Virus record (IMG/VR): IMGVR_UViG_3300037067_005074
Span: 96,001 to 160,000 of that record
Source: a virus
Lineage: Duplodnaviria; Caudoviricetes
Strand: one strand, 5' to 3'
DNA length: 64,000 bases
A model generated the notes under the pieces. That model was not told the DNA's origin and did no database searches. It saw only the letters and a list, made by a program, of their open reading frames with translations. This document shows positions 20,749 to 31,054 of this stretch, one piece after another. The position numbers were made by a program, and so were the translations under genes. How positions within the stretch are numbered: the first letter of the stretch is position 1; each line of letters starts with the position of its first letter.

Positions 20749-21429
20749 ATGAAAGACGAATGGGGATTTAAAATGATTAATACAAATAATCATAAATATG
20801 ATTATGAAAAAATGTTTAATGAAATAGATAGTTTTATAACTGAATATAAAATAGAAGAAATAATTAACCCAATTGGAGTTGATTTAGGAATAAATCCATT
20901 TGATTTATTTTTATTAAAAAAATATATAGAACAAAATAATATATCACATATATTAGAATTTGGTGCTGGTTCATCAAGTAAATTTATTGATAGTTTAGGA
21001 ATTAAAAGAACAAGTTTTGCATTACAATCTATTTTTTATAATATTGATTATATTAATTTAGACATTAAATCTCAATATGAAACAATCCAAAAATATATTA
21101 AAGAAAATAAATTTGATATGTTTCTAATTGACACGGAACATACAACAGATATGGCTACTATTATTAATGAAAAATTTTTAAAACCAACAAAATATAAAAA
21201 AGCATTGTTTATACATGATTGGTTTGATTTTAATAAAGTAACATATTCGGAACAAATTTATTATTATAATAATATTTTAAAAAAATATAAAGTTGCTTAT
21301 ATAACAGATTTACCAGATGAATATATAAATAAACTTAAAATTAAAAACAATATAATAGATAATAAAACGATGTATCATACTCAAGTTCATTATGTTCCGA
21401 GATGTTCTATAATTTTAAATCCAAAATAA
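20749..21429 (+). CDS. Class I SAM-dependent methyltransferase-like protein
   Basis: ILEFGAGSSS, FDMFLID, FIHD. Confidence 0.7.
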   Translation: MKDEWGFKMINTNNHKYDYEKMFNEIDSFITEYKIEEIINPIGVDLGINPFDLFLLKKYIEQNNISHILEFGAGSSSKFIDSLGIKRTSFALQSIFYNIDYINLDIKSQYETIQKYIKENKFDMFLIDTEHTTDMATIINEKFLKPTKYKKALFIHDWFDFNKVTYSEQIYYYNNILKKYKVAYITDLPDEYINKLKIKNNIIDNKTMYHTQVHYVPRCSIILNPK

Positions 21430-21430
21430 A

Positions 21431-22192
21431 ATGGAATCTATATCTATAGTTTGTTTAATATACCAATCTGTTGAATATATAGATTTTGTTTATAAAAACA
21501 TATATAAATATACACCAGAATTGAATAATAAAGATTCTGAATTTTTATTTGTTGCTAATGATGCTACTGAAGAAGTTATTTGTCATTTAAAAAATAATAA
21601 TTATAATTTTCTTATAAATAACAACAAGAAATATTCAGAACAGGAATTATTTAAAATGGGATTTGCTTATCCAGAATATATTAATCGAGTTTATATCGGG
21701 TATAATGTTGGAATTAAAAATGCAAAAAATAATATAATTGTATTAATTAATAGCGATAATTGTTTTTCAAAAGACTGGCTTAAAAATTTAATGAAGCATC
21801 ATAGATTAAATACAGTTGTATCTCCAAGAATGGTTCAACCTAATAAAGCATTTAGAAATCCTAAGAATGGAACATTTTCAGAATGTGTTGACTTCGGGAA
21901 TTCAATTAAAACATATAAAGAACAAGAATTTTTAAATTGGGTCGAAAATCATAAAAAAGAAACAACATCACCAGGAAATCCTTTTATGCCTGTTATAATT
22001 CATAAAAAACAAATTGAAAAAGTTGGATATTATCCAGAGGGAAATTTACATAATGGAAATTATAATAAAATAAAATTTACTGGAGACCATGAATTTTTTA
22101 ATAGACTTGAAAAAAGTAAAATAACTCATATTACATCAAACGATTCAATTATATATCATTTTAATGAAGGAGAAAAATATAAAAAAATATAA
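21431..22192 (+). CDS. GT2-like glycosyltransferase
   Basis: YNVGI, LINSDN...DWL, GD.EFF, YHF. Confidence 0.8.
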   Translation: MESISIVCLIYQSVEYIDFVYKNIYKYTPELNNKDSEFLFVANDATEEVICHLKNNNYNFLINNNKKYSEQELFKMGFAYPEYINRVYIGYNVGIKNAKNNIIVLINSDNCFSKDWLKNLMKHHRLNTVVSPRMVQPNKAFRNPKNGTFSECVDFGNSIKTYKEQEFLNWVENHKKETTSPGNPFMPVIIHKKQIEKVGYYPEGNLHNGNYNKIKFTGDHEFFNRLEKSKITHITSNDSIIYHFNEGEKYKKI

Positions 22193-22194
22193 AT

Positions 22195-23187
22195 ATGTTT
22201 AAAAATAAAACCATTTTAATTACTGGTGGGTCTGGTTCTTGGGGTAATGAACTTACAAAACAATTATTAAATAAACAACCCAAAAAAATTATAATTTATT
22301 CAAGAGGTGAATTATCTCAAGTAAATATGCAAAGATCATTTAATAATAATATTATTCAATATGTTATTGGTGATATTAGAGATTCAAATGCGATTGATAA
22401 ATTATTTAATCAAAACAATATTGATTTTGTATTTCATTTAGCAGCTTTGAAACATGTTCCTATTTGTGAAAATCATCCTCAAGAAGCAATAAAAACAAAT
22501 ATAGAAGGAACAATAAATTTAGTTAATCATTCAATTAAATACAATGTTAAAAAATTTATAGATGTTTCAACTGATAAGGCTGTTTCTCCATCTAATTTAT
22601 ACGGAATGACTAAATCAGTTGGAGAAAAAATAACAATACAAGCCAATTCATTAACTAATAATACTGATTTTGTTTGTATTAGAGGTGGCAATGTTTTAGG
22701 TTCTAATGGTAGTGTAGTTCCTTATTTTATTAATCAAATAAAAACTACAAATGAAATTACAATTACTGATAGCACAATGACAAGATTTTTTCTAACATTA
22801 TCAGAAGCAATTTCATTATTATTTCAAGCAATAGAAAATAGTATTGGTGGAGAAACATATGTTATGAATATGCCTTCATTTTATATTAAAGATTTAGCAG
22901 AAATATTAAAAAATTATTATGGGAATAAATCTACATTAATAAAAGAAATAGGAAAAAGAGAAGGAGAAAAAATACATGAAGTTTTAATATCTGACTATGA
23001 ATCTGAATATTCTTATAAATTAAATAATAATTATTATGTAATTTTACCAACTATTAATACTAATAGAAATTATGATAATATATTAAAATTAAATAAAGTC
23101 GATTTTACTACTTTTTCATCTAATGACAATCTTAAAGATAAATCATATTTATATAATTTATTAGATAATGGAGGATTTTTAAAATGA
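22195..23187 (+). CDS. UDP-GlcNAc 4,6-dehydratase/5-epimerase (FnlA/CapE/PseB family)
   Basis: TGGSGSWG, HLAALKHVP, STDKAV, YGMTK, GNVLGSNGSVVP, MTRFF, GEKIHE. Confidence 0.92.
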   Translation: MFKNKTILITGGSGSWGNELTKQLLNKQPKKIIIYSRGELSQVNMQRSFNNNIIQYVIGDIRDSNAIDKLFNQNNIDFVFHLAALKHVPICENHPQEAIKTNIEGTINLVNHSIKYNVKKFIDVSTDKAVSPSNLYGMTKSVGEKITIQANSLTNNTDFVCIRGGNVLGSNGSVVPYFINQIKTTNEITITDSTMTRFFLTLSEAISLLFQAIENSIGGETYVMNMPSFYIKDLAEILKNYYGNKSTLIKEIGKREGEKIHEVLISDYESEYSYKLNNNYYVILPTINTNRNYDNILKLNKVDFTTFSSNDNLKDKSYLYNLLDNGGFLK

Positions 23188-23963
23188 AAATACTTATTTT
23201 AGGTCATACAGGAATGTTGGGAAATTGTGTTTATAAATACTATAAAGATAAGCATAATATTCAAATAATAAATGATTGTAAATGGGATTCAATCGAATAT
23301 AAAAATAAAATATTAAATTCTAAATGCGATTTTATTATTAATTGTGTTGGTGCTATTCCACAGAAAAAATACAATAAAGATTATTATGAATTATTAAATG
23401 TTCAGTTACCAATATTCTTAGAATCATTAAATAAAAAAATAATTCATCCTTCTACTGATTGTGAATTTTCTGGTTTTATTGAATATCCCAATAAATATAA
23501 AAAAACAGATAATAGAGATGCTATGGATGATTATGGATTAAGTAAATCTAAAATATCTAATATAATAGAAAATGAATTTGTTAATACTAAAATAATCAGA
23601 ACTTCTATTATTGGACATGAATTAAATACATCATTGTCTTTATTAGATTGGTTTTTAAATACAGAAATAGAAACAAATGGGTATATTAATCATTATTGGA
23701 ATGGAATAACAACATTACAATGGTGTGAAATATCTGAAATGATTATTAATAATTGGAATGATTACGATAAAATAATTCAAATTGGCACAATTGGAACATC
23801 TAAATTTGAATTATTAGAAATGATTAAAAATGTATATAATAAAGAAATACAAATTAATAAATTTAAAACTAATTGCTCTATTAATAAAATGTTAGAATCA
23901 GACTTTGAAGTTATTTCATTAATAGAACAATTAATTAAATTAAAAGAATTTTATAAAAAATAA
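23184..23963 (+). CDS. RmlD-like NDP-4-keto-6-deoxysugar reductase (QnlA/WbvR-like)
   Basis: GHTGMLG, STDCEFSG, YGLSK, IRTSIIG. Confidence 0.85.
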   Translation: MKILILGHTGMLGNCVYKYYKDKHNIQIINDCKWDSIEYKNKILNSKCDFIINCVGAIPQKKYNKDYYELLNVQLPIFLESLNKKIIHPSTDCEFSGFIEYPNKYKKTDNRDAMDDYGLSKSKISNIIENEFVNTKIIRTSIIGHELNTSLSLLDWFLNTEIETNGYINHYWNGITTLQWCEISEMIINNWNDYDKIIQIGTIGTSKFELLEMIKNVYNKEIQINKFKTNCSINKMLESDFEVISLIEQLIKLKEFYKK

Positions 23964-23987
23964 AAAGGATTTAATTATCCTTTTTAT
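23961..23987. terminator. Bidirectional terminator
   Basis: AAAAAGGAT/ATCCTTTTT between convergent genes. Confidence 0.7.
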
Positions 23988-23988
23988 T

Positions 23989-24372
23989 CTAATCTTGATT
24001 ATACATTTTACTAATTAAATTATCTGATACAGATATTCTATTAAATTTTTCAGTATTTGTTCTTACAATATTATCTCTTACAATAAACATCCATGTCATT
24101 TTCCAAGATTCAAGAACAGTATGCTGCCCATCAATTTTAAAATCTTCTGGAATAATTCTATATCCATTTTCATCTACTACATAATATTTTTTTCTGTTTT
24201 CTTTTAAACTAAAAGTATCTATCATGGTTTTAGCATTAGGATAATACTTTTGCACTTTCCTTTTTATTTTTTCAAATTTAACTTTAGTTTTTAATTTTTG
24301 TGCTTCAGATTGTTCTGGAGTTTTAATTCCTGATTTTCGCTTTGTGAAATCTACTAATGTATTTTGCTTCAT
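23989..24372 (-). CDS. Hypothetical protein
   Basis: ORF track. Confidence 0.65.
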   Translation of the reverse strand: MKQNTLVDFTKRKSGIKTPEQSEAQKLKTKVKFEKIKRKVQKYYPNAKTMIDTFSLKENRKKYYVVDENGYRIIPEDFKIDGQHTVLESWKMTWMFIVRDNIVRTNTEKFNRISVSDNLISKMYNQD

Positions 24373-24378
24373 ATAAAT

Positions 24379-24663
24379 TTATTTGATTAATTTATTAATA
24401 TGTTCTATTGGTATTCCATTTTCAAATAATTTGTCATATTCTTTATTTCCTGTTAATATTCTAAAATCATTGTCATTTGTTTTTAGATATTCTTCAAAAC
24501 AATCTTTTAAATATCCATGAATTTCCCCATTATCATTTTCTAATAAATATAACTCTGTCATCATATTTTTAGAATGTTCTTCCGATTTATCTAAATCTGC
24601 TTCATAAACTTTATTTAAAGTTAGATTAGACTGTCCATAAGTGTCAATACATTTTATTTTCAT
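24379..24663 (-). CDS. Hypothetical phage protein
   Basis: KIKCID...LTLNKVYE, small phage-protein pattern. Confidence 0.65.
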   Translation of the reverse strand: MKIKCIDTYGQSNLTLNKVYEADLDKSEEHSKNMMTELYLLENDNGEIHGYLKDCFEEYLKTNDNDFRILTGNKEYDKLFENGIPIEHINKLIK

Positions 24664-24679
24664 TGTATTTTATTTTAAA

Positions 24680-25009
24680 TTAATATAAATCCTCACTAAA
24701 TAAACGAGTAGAATGATAAGATTCAAATGGTAATTGATTTTGCTTTTCTGCTATAATTATTCCTTCTTCTCTATTAACAAATCTATTTTTATTTGTTAGA
24801 AATCCTTGAACTTCATCTATATTTTTATACTTCATGTCTGGATCAAGAATATACATGGTCATAAAAATATTATGATGCCTAAATCCACAAACAACAAATC
24901 CAATATCAATATTTATTGGTTGATGTTCATATTCTTTATTATCATTAAAATAAATTGCAGAACAGATTATTTGTTCTGGAATATTTTCTTTAATTTCTTC
25001 CCTTGTCAT
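24680..25009 (-). CDS. Conserved-looking phage protein
   Basis: CGFRHH, QGFLTNKNRFVNREE, LFSEDLY. Confidence 0.75.
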   Translation of the reverse strand: MTREEIKENIPEQIICSAIYFNDNKEYEHQPINIDIGFVVCGFRHHNIFMTMYILDPDMKYKNIDEVQGFLTNKNRFVNREEGIIIAEKQNQLPFESYHSTRLFSEDLY

Positions 25010-25256
25010 TTTCTAATTTTTCTATTCTATTTTCTAATTCATTGCATTTATCTTGTAATGTATTTATATATTTTCTTAGTGTCATTATCAAATAATAAAA
25101 CATTAAAAATATAAAAGAAAAATGAAACGATATATCAAAATCAAATTTAAACACAAAATAACAATATATAAAATAAAAAGATGTTACTAAAAAGCACAAT
25201 ATAAGTTGAAATATTTTATCTTTTATTTTATCAAACGTAGTTACAAAAAACATCAT
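24990..25256 (-). CDS. Small membrane protein
   Basis: Two TM segments and a coiled tail. Confidence 0.55.
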   Translation of the reverse strand: MMFFVTTFDKIKDKIFQLILCFLVTSFYFIYCYFVFKFDFDISFHFSFIFLMFYYLIMTLRKYINTLQDKCNELENRIEKLENDKGRN

Positions 25257-25267
25257 AATATTATATT

Positions 25268-25540
25268 TTAAAATTTTAAATTGTTCATTCTTATTTGAAA
25301 TTCCTTTATAGATTCCAAATGTTCTTGTTCATAAAAATATTCTTTATTGTTTTTTAAACAATCTTCTAATTCTTCTTTGGTATTAAAACATTTTAAAGGT
25401 AATGTATATTTAGAATTATAATAAAACAACAAAACAAATTTCCATTCTAATTCCTTATCATTATAAAATTTATATTTAAAATTATTCTTAACATATTCCT
25501 TATTAATTATACTACAATACTTTTTTAATAACTTTTTCAT
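25268..25540 (-). CDS. Hypothetical protein (start moved to the ATG at 25540)
   Basis: The promoter at 25557-25587 overlaps the longer predicted start. Confidence 0.55.
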   Translation of the reverse strand: MKKLLKKYCSIINKEYVKNNFKYKFYNDKELEWKFVLLFYYNSKYTLPLKCFNTKEELEDCLKNNKEYFYEQEHLESIKEFQIRMNNLKF

Positions 25541-25556
25541 ATTATTTTTATTTTTA

Positions 25557-25587
25557 CAAATATACAACTAATTATTTTAATATCAAA
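25557..25587 (-). promoter_or_regulatory. Bacteroidota-type promoter
   Basis: TTTG-N19-TATATTTG. Confidence 0.7.
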
Positions 25588-25651
25588 ATAAAAAACACTT
25601 TACTCTAATTAAAATAAATTTAACCAAATAAAGTGTTTTATAAATATATTT

Positions 25652-26485
25652 TTAATTTTTTAATAATTCCAATCCAAGTTCAAAAGCTCTTTGATTTTTA
25701 ACACTTTTATTTCCAAACATATTACCAAAAGAATCATTTGCCTGTTTTTGAATATGAGTGGTATAGTGAGTAATACCATTAAAAAATCCAAAGTAGTTAT
25801 CTCCAATTCTATTCATTTCTTGATTAACTGAGACTTCTACTTCTTGTAATAAATTAGAAGTTCTTGTTTTAATTTCTTTTTCAGTGTCTAACATTACAAT
25901 CTTTTTAATAAGTTCTCTTGATAATTCTTGATTAACTTTAACATCACCAAATTTTTCAAGTGTATCATAAACCATTCGTTCTTGAATTAAATATTTTGCA
26001 AATGATTTTTCTAATTCATCTCTTTTTATAGAATGATTTTTGGTATTTTTTATTGTAGAGTGTTGAAGTATTTTACTCCATTGATTCTGACAACTTAATA
26101 TTAGAGATGTTGTGCCTAAAAAGAAAGAAGTTAATCCGTCATATCCTGTACCAAGAGATAAAAACCCTTTCATTTCTAATCCACCAATTGTAGTAGCATC
26201 TGTTTTCAAATAGCTAATAACTTTGCTACCTCCAGCAAATTCTGAATATCCTTCTACTTGATATCCTGATAAACTTGAAAAAACATTTACAATATGTTCT
26301 AATTGTTGAATAGAAGTGTATTGGAAAGTTTCATTAACTGATTTTTTGTTTAGTAATTTTCCATTGTCACTTCTATGAAGAGTTTCAATTCCTTTATTTA
26401 ATGTTATTATTTCGTTTTCTTTTGTGAAGTTTTGCTTTCTTACAACTTCCCATCCTAAGTTTGGATTTAAAATTACTGGTTTCAT
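25652..26485 (-). CDS. DUF932-family protein
   Basis: L.WEV, GGSKV, GYDG.TS, LSCQNQ, FNGITHYTTH. Confidence 0.8.
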   Translation of the reverse strand: MKPVILNPNLGWEVVRKQNFTKENEIITLNKGIETLHRSDNGKLLNKKSVNETFQYTSIQQLEHIVNVFSSLSGYQVEGYSEFAGGSKVISYLKTDATTIGGLEMKGFLSLGTGYDGLTSFFLGTTSLILSCQNQWSKILQHSTIKNTKNHSIKRDELEKSFAKYLIQERMVYDTLEKFGDVKVNQELSRELIKKIVMLDTEKEIKTRTSNLLQEVEVSVNQEMNRIGDNYFGFFNGITHYTTHIQKQANDSFGNMFGNKSVKNQRAFELGLELLKN

Positions 26486-26527
26486 AATTGCTTATTTTAA
26501 GTTTATAATTAATTAAATTTTACTCTA

Positions 26528-26559
26528 CAAAAATACAATAAATTTATCTAATAAACAAA
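26528..26559 (-). promoter_or_regulatory. Bacteroidota-type promoter
   Basis: TTTG-N20-TATTTTTG, then TAGAGTAAAA. Confidence 0.8.
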
Positions 26560-26599
26560 TATTTTAACATAAAAATTAATTTATTTTAATAATTGTTGA

Positions 26600-26675
26600 A
26601 AAAGTGTAAAATGAAAATCACTTAAAATACAATATATCAAAGAGATATTAAGAAAAAACCAACGGCATATGTATA
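26600..26675 (+). repeat. 76-bp three-box module, copy 2
   Basis: AAAAGTGTAA-N12-TTAAAATACAATATATCA-N11-AGAAAAAACCAACGGCATATGTATA. Confidence 0.8.
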
Positions 26676-26723
26676 ATATTTTATTATTTTATTATTTTAT
26701 ATTTATTTTTATAAATATTAATT

Positions 26724-27620
26724 ATGGTTTCAAGAAAAATAAGAAAAAATATTATTTCAAATCAATGGGAACATCAACTTTCAAGTGGTGAATGGGCTCA
26801 AGGTGTAACTGCAAATGATAGTTTTACAAATATAAATACTCCAGATAAATTGCCTAAATACAATTCTAATGGAGATTTATTAAGTTACAATGATGTATAT
26901 TATACATTAGAATCTTTTAATTTAAAAACTGTTAATTCTTTAAATTTAAAAGCAAGACAATTAATAACTCAATTAAATGTAGATATACCGTCGTCAATAG
27001 GAAATGATAATGACAATACAATTATAAAAAGTGAATTAACAAATTATTTAGAGTTTGATGTTTCTAAAATATTTGAAGTTTCTGATAATACTTATATCTT
27101 TGGTGGAAGTGTACGAGATATAATAGCCGAATTATCTATACATGATGTAGATATTCTTTATTTAATTCAATATAAACAAAGATTACAAAAGTTAGTAATT
27201 GATTCAGGCTATACATTATATAAAAATATGTCGGAACAATATGAAATGGATAATAATTCAATTAAATATGATACAATGGATGTAGAAACATATAAGAATA
27301 AAAATGGAAAGCAAATTCAATTAATAAGTTCTCCATATTTATTAAATGTTGATACTTATCCTCCTTTAGTACCACAAAATTTAATTAAAAATATTCAATA
27401 TGTATTAACTCAGGTAGATTTATCTTCATCTGGAGTTTATTTCTATAATAATGAATTAGGAATAAGTATTAATAATGCTTATGATGATTGTGTAAGAAGA
27501 CAATTTTATTTATTACCTAATAATCAAATGTACCATAAAGGAAACATAAATAGTAGAGTTGAAAAAATGGAGTCTCGTGGATGGACATGTTTAAATAAAT
27601 CAATCTTAAATACAATTTAA
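26724..27620 (+). CDS. Protein with a CCA/poly(A)-polymerase-head-like nucleotidyltransferase domain
   Basis: IFGGSVRDII....HDVDIL, VDLSSSG, RVEKM..RGW. Confidence 0.7.
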   Translation: MVSRKIRKNIISNQWEHQLSSGEWAQGVTANDSFTNINTPDKLPKYNSNGDLLSYNDVYYTLESFNLKTVNSLNLKARQLITQLNVDIPSSIGNDNDNTIIKSELTNYLEFDVSKIFEVSDNTYIFGGSVRDIIAELSIHDVDILYLIQYKQRLQKLVIDSGYTLYKNMSEQYEMDNNSIKYDTMDVETYKNKNGKQIQLISSPYLLNVDTYPPLVPQNLIKNIQYVLTQVDLSSSGVYFYNNELGISINNAYDDCVRRQFYLLPNNQMYHKGNINSRVEKMESRGWTCLNKSILNTI

Positions 27621-27623
27621 AAT

Positions 27624-30600
27624 ATGAAATTAGAATTACATATTTATGATATAAATGACAATTTAATAACAAGTAATTATAATTTGTCTGATTGGAGATA
27701 TTCTGATGATGGTTCTCAATTAATATATAATATTCACAATGAAATTAGAAGATTAGGATTTAAATCCGGAAAATTAAAACATACATTATTATTTTATGAT
27801 TTAATTGTAGGTTCGACAACAAGAAAACAATTATATATATCGGAAATATCAAAAGATAGAACTGAATTAAGAATTGTTTGTAATGTTAAAGATAGTACAA
27901 CTGCATCAGATTTTGAAGTATTTAAGCAATTTGATAAAATTCAAACAATTTTTAATATTAATAGATTAGATAAAAAAGTAAATTCCATTAATTTTGGTAA
28001 TAATGTTATTATTGATATAAATAATTGGATTCAAGATAAAGTAACAGTTAAAACTTATCCATATAGTTTAATAATAAAATTAGATTCTCCATTACCAAAT
28101 AATATTACAATTGATACAAATATTTTATTTTTAACAAGATTATATGATTCTATTTCTTATTCATTTCAATTAATACCATCAAATGAAGAATTTAATGTTA
28201 ATGTATTATCAAATCCAAATTTTGGAATAAAAATAAATAATACAACTGGATTAGAAACTTCTTATCAATCTTGGAATGATTTGTTAAGTGCTGATGTATC
28301 AGTAAAAAACTTATTAATAAATCAATTTTTTAATTTTTATGAAAATTCTGCAAAATTAAATATTGATTATACTGATTATATAAACTTTGTTTTTTATTCT
28401 AATGCTGAAATAAGATTATATAATTTTAAATACAAATTAAAGCAAATTCAAATATTAGAAGCTAAATCATCTATTGTTGGAATTCAAACATTTCAAGATA
28501 AATATTTAATTGAAATAGAAGATATAAAAAATAATTTTGATGGATATGATTATTTTCTTTATTATGGATTAGATACAACTTATTCATGGCCTAAAGATGT
28601 TAATAATATACCATTAAATGTAAATGATAGTATTGCTATTGCTTGGTATGATAATCAAATTTTAAATGCTATTTCGTTTGATAAAAGTAATATTTATGCA
28701 CTAAGTAAGAAAATACCAAGTGGAATATCTGATGATGAATTTAATAATCAATTTATGTTATTTATAAATATGATTGCTCAACATTTTGATATTCTTTGGT
28801 TATATACTTCTAATATTGATATGTTAAGAGATAGAGATGAATCTTTAACAGAAGGTATGAGTAAAGATTTAATTTATCATGTTCTTAGTAATTTTGGATG
28901 GCAACCTCAACATGATAATCAATTTGATGATTTATGGCAATATATATTAGGTAATGTAACAGATGATTCTGGTGTCAACATTACTATTATAAAAGCAACA
29001 ACAGATAAAGTTGCAAGAGAAGACATTACTAAAGAAATATGGAAAAGAATATTAAATAATTTACCATATATTTGGAAAACAAAAGGAACAGAAGAAGGAT
29101 TAAGGTCGTTAATTAATATTTATGGAATTCCAAGAACAGAATTACATATTAGAGAATATGGTGGACCAAATAAATTAGATGTTAAATCTCAATTATTTGT
29201 AGATAAATTTAATTATTGCATTAAATTAGAAACAGGTAATAAAATAATTGTACCATATCTTTCACCCGGAACAATTGAATTTCGATTTAAATTATTAAGT
29301 AAAGCAAATCAAACTGTATTTGTTAGAGAGGATAATAATATTTCACTTAATTTCATCTATACAACTAATAATAATGGAAGAATACAATATTCAGTAAATA
29401 GTGGTTCTTTTATATATCAATCAGATGAATTTCCAATATATAATGAAAAATGGTGGTCATTTATGTTTAGAAATGAAATTGTGTCTGGTAGTCAAACTTT
29501 TGATATATTTGTAAAACATGCTGATTATAATAAAATAACTTTTGGATATTCTGGTTCATTTATTGTTACTGGTAGTAATGATATTACTGAAATATTTAAT
29601 GAAGATTATGATTATTTTATTACATTAAATGGAAGATTACAAGAATTTAGATATTGGAATATACCTTTATCCGAAGCAAGTTTTAATAATCATACATTAG
29701 CACCAAGTGCTTATAACGGAAATAGTGAATCATCATCATATTATAATTTAATGTATAGATTAACACTTGGTACTGATACTAATCAATATAATCATTATAA
29801 TACATTAAGTTTAAATAGTCAGCATCCTTCTATTGGAATGTTAAGTGGTGATTGTTTAATAGATGGAGGAACTGCTGCATCTGTTTCTGTTGATATTGCA
29901 GATTGTAATTCTGCATTATTTACTTCGAGTTTTGAATATTATGATGGGGGAAATGCTTATTCTATTTATTGTAATGATGTTGTTTCTGCAAGTTTTGTTG
30001 GTTTTTCAAATGAATTTAATTATGAATTAGTAAAAGAACAATATACATATGAATGGCCTGATTTAAGTGCTAATAGAAGTATAAGTAATAAAATTAGAAT
30101 TGAAAATAATGTATTAGAATCAAATTTAAGTATAAGTAATAGAGCAGAAAAATCTGCTTTTGATTTATATCCTATTGATAATTCTAAAATAGGAGTATAT
30201 TTAAGTACAACCAATGAAGTAGATGAAGACATTGCAGAACATATGAGTTCAGTTAATATTGATGATTTTATTGGTAAAATTAACAGTGAATTCAGAAGTG
30301 AATATCCAGATTTAAGAAGACTGAAAGATTATTATTATAAACAATATATTGAAATGTATAATGTTAAAGATTATTTTCAATTAGTTAAATATTTCAGTAA
30401 TAGTTTATTTAAACATATAGATGAATTAACTCCAGCAAGAAGTAATAAAATAACAGGATTAGTTATTGAACCGCATATTCTTAATAGAAGTAAAAATATA
30501 TTAATTAAAAATAAACCAACTATTACTAATATTGACAATAATTGTTCTATAAATATTACAGATGAAATATATTTAAATGAAAGTAATTTTACTTCATTAG

Positions 30601-31052
30601 AAAGTTTATTAGATTTAAATATTAATAGTATAATTGGTGGAGAAACTTATGATTTAAGTGCAACAATAGATTATAAACACGATTCATCTATGTATAGTTG
30701 GCAAAATATGATGTTTGATGCAACTGGTAGTGCAGTATTTGTAAATAATCCTTATTGGGAACGAGAAGGAGTTGTAACATTATTAGAAACTTATAGAAAA
30801 TCAGAAAGACTTAAAATTATTAATCCTTTAAGAACTCTACCAAGTCAAAGTTATTATATTCCAGCAGAAGTACAAGATTATAATTCAATTGGAATGAAAA
30901 ATAGTTATTATAAAGGGTCTAAATTAATTGGTTCTGCAATTAATCAAAATAGTAGTCAAACTCCTGATGGTGGTCCTGTTTTACAAAGTTGGATAAATGA
31001 AGATATAAATTTAAAATCAAATAAAATAAATCAATTACGCAATTATAAATAA
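27624..31052 (+). CDS. Large virion structural protein (baseplate/tail-like, LamG-like middle)
   Basis: RILNNLPYIWKTKGT..G..LINIYGI, TIEFRFK, G.LQEFRYW, LVIEPHILNR. Confidence 0.7.
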   Translation: MKLELHIYDINDNLITSNYNLSDWRYSDDGSQLIYNIHNEIRRLGFKSGKLKHTLLFYDLIVGSTTRKQLYISEISKDRTELRIVCNVKDSTTASDFEVFKQFDKIQTIFNINRLDKKVNSINFGNNVIIDINNWIQDKVTVKTYPYSLIIKLDSPLPNNITIDTNILFLTRLYDSISYSFQLIPSNEEFNVNVLSNPNFGIKINNTTGLETSYQSWNDLLSADVSVKNLLINQFFNFYENSAKLNIDYTDYINFVFYSNAEIRLYNFKYKLKQIQILEAKSSIVGIQTFQDKYLIEIEDIKNNFDGYDYFLYYGLDTTYSWPKDVNNIPLNVNDSIAIAWYDNQILNAISFDKSNIYALSKKIPSGISDDEFNNQFMLFINMIAQHFDILWLYTSNIDMLRDRDESLTEGMSKDLIYHVLSNFGWQPQHDNQFDDLWQYILGNVTDDSGVNITIIKATTDKVAREDITKEIWKRILNNLPYIWKTKGTEEGLRSLINIYGIPRTELHIREYGGPNKLDVKSQLFVDKFNYCIKLETGNKIIVPYLSPGTIEFRFKLLSKANQTVFVREDNNISLNFIYTTNNNGRIQYSVNSGSFIYQSDEFPIYNEKWWSFMFRNEIVSGSQTFDIFVKHADYNKITFGYSGSFIVTGSNDITEIFNEDYDYFITLNGRLQEFRYWNIPLSEASFNNHTLAPSAYNGNSESSSYYNLMYRLTLGTDTNQYNHYNTLSLNSQHPSIGMLSGDCLIDGGTAASVSVDIADCNSALFTSSFEYYDGGNAYSIYCNDVVSASFVGFSNEFNYELVKEQYTYEWPDLSANRSISNKIRIENNVLESNLSISNRAEKSAFDLYPIDNSKIGVYLSTTNEVDEDIAEHMSSVNIDDFIGKINSEFRSEYPDLRRLKDYYYKQYIEMYNVKDYFQLVKYFSNSLFKHIDELTPARSNKITGLVIEPHILNRSKNILIKNKPTITNIDNNCSINITDEIYLNESNFTSLESLLDLNINSIIGGETYDLSATIDYKHDSSMYSWQNMMFDATGSAVFVNNPYWEREGVVTLLETYRKSERLKIINPLRTLPSQSYYIPAEVQDYNSIGMKNSYYKGSKLIGSAINQNSSQTPDGGPVLQSWINEDINLKSNKINQLRNYK

Positions 31053-31054
31053 TT

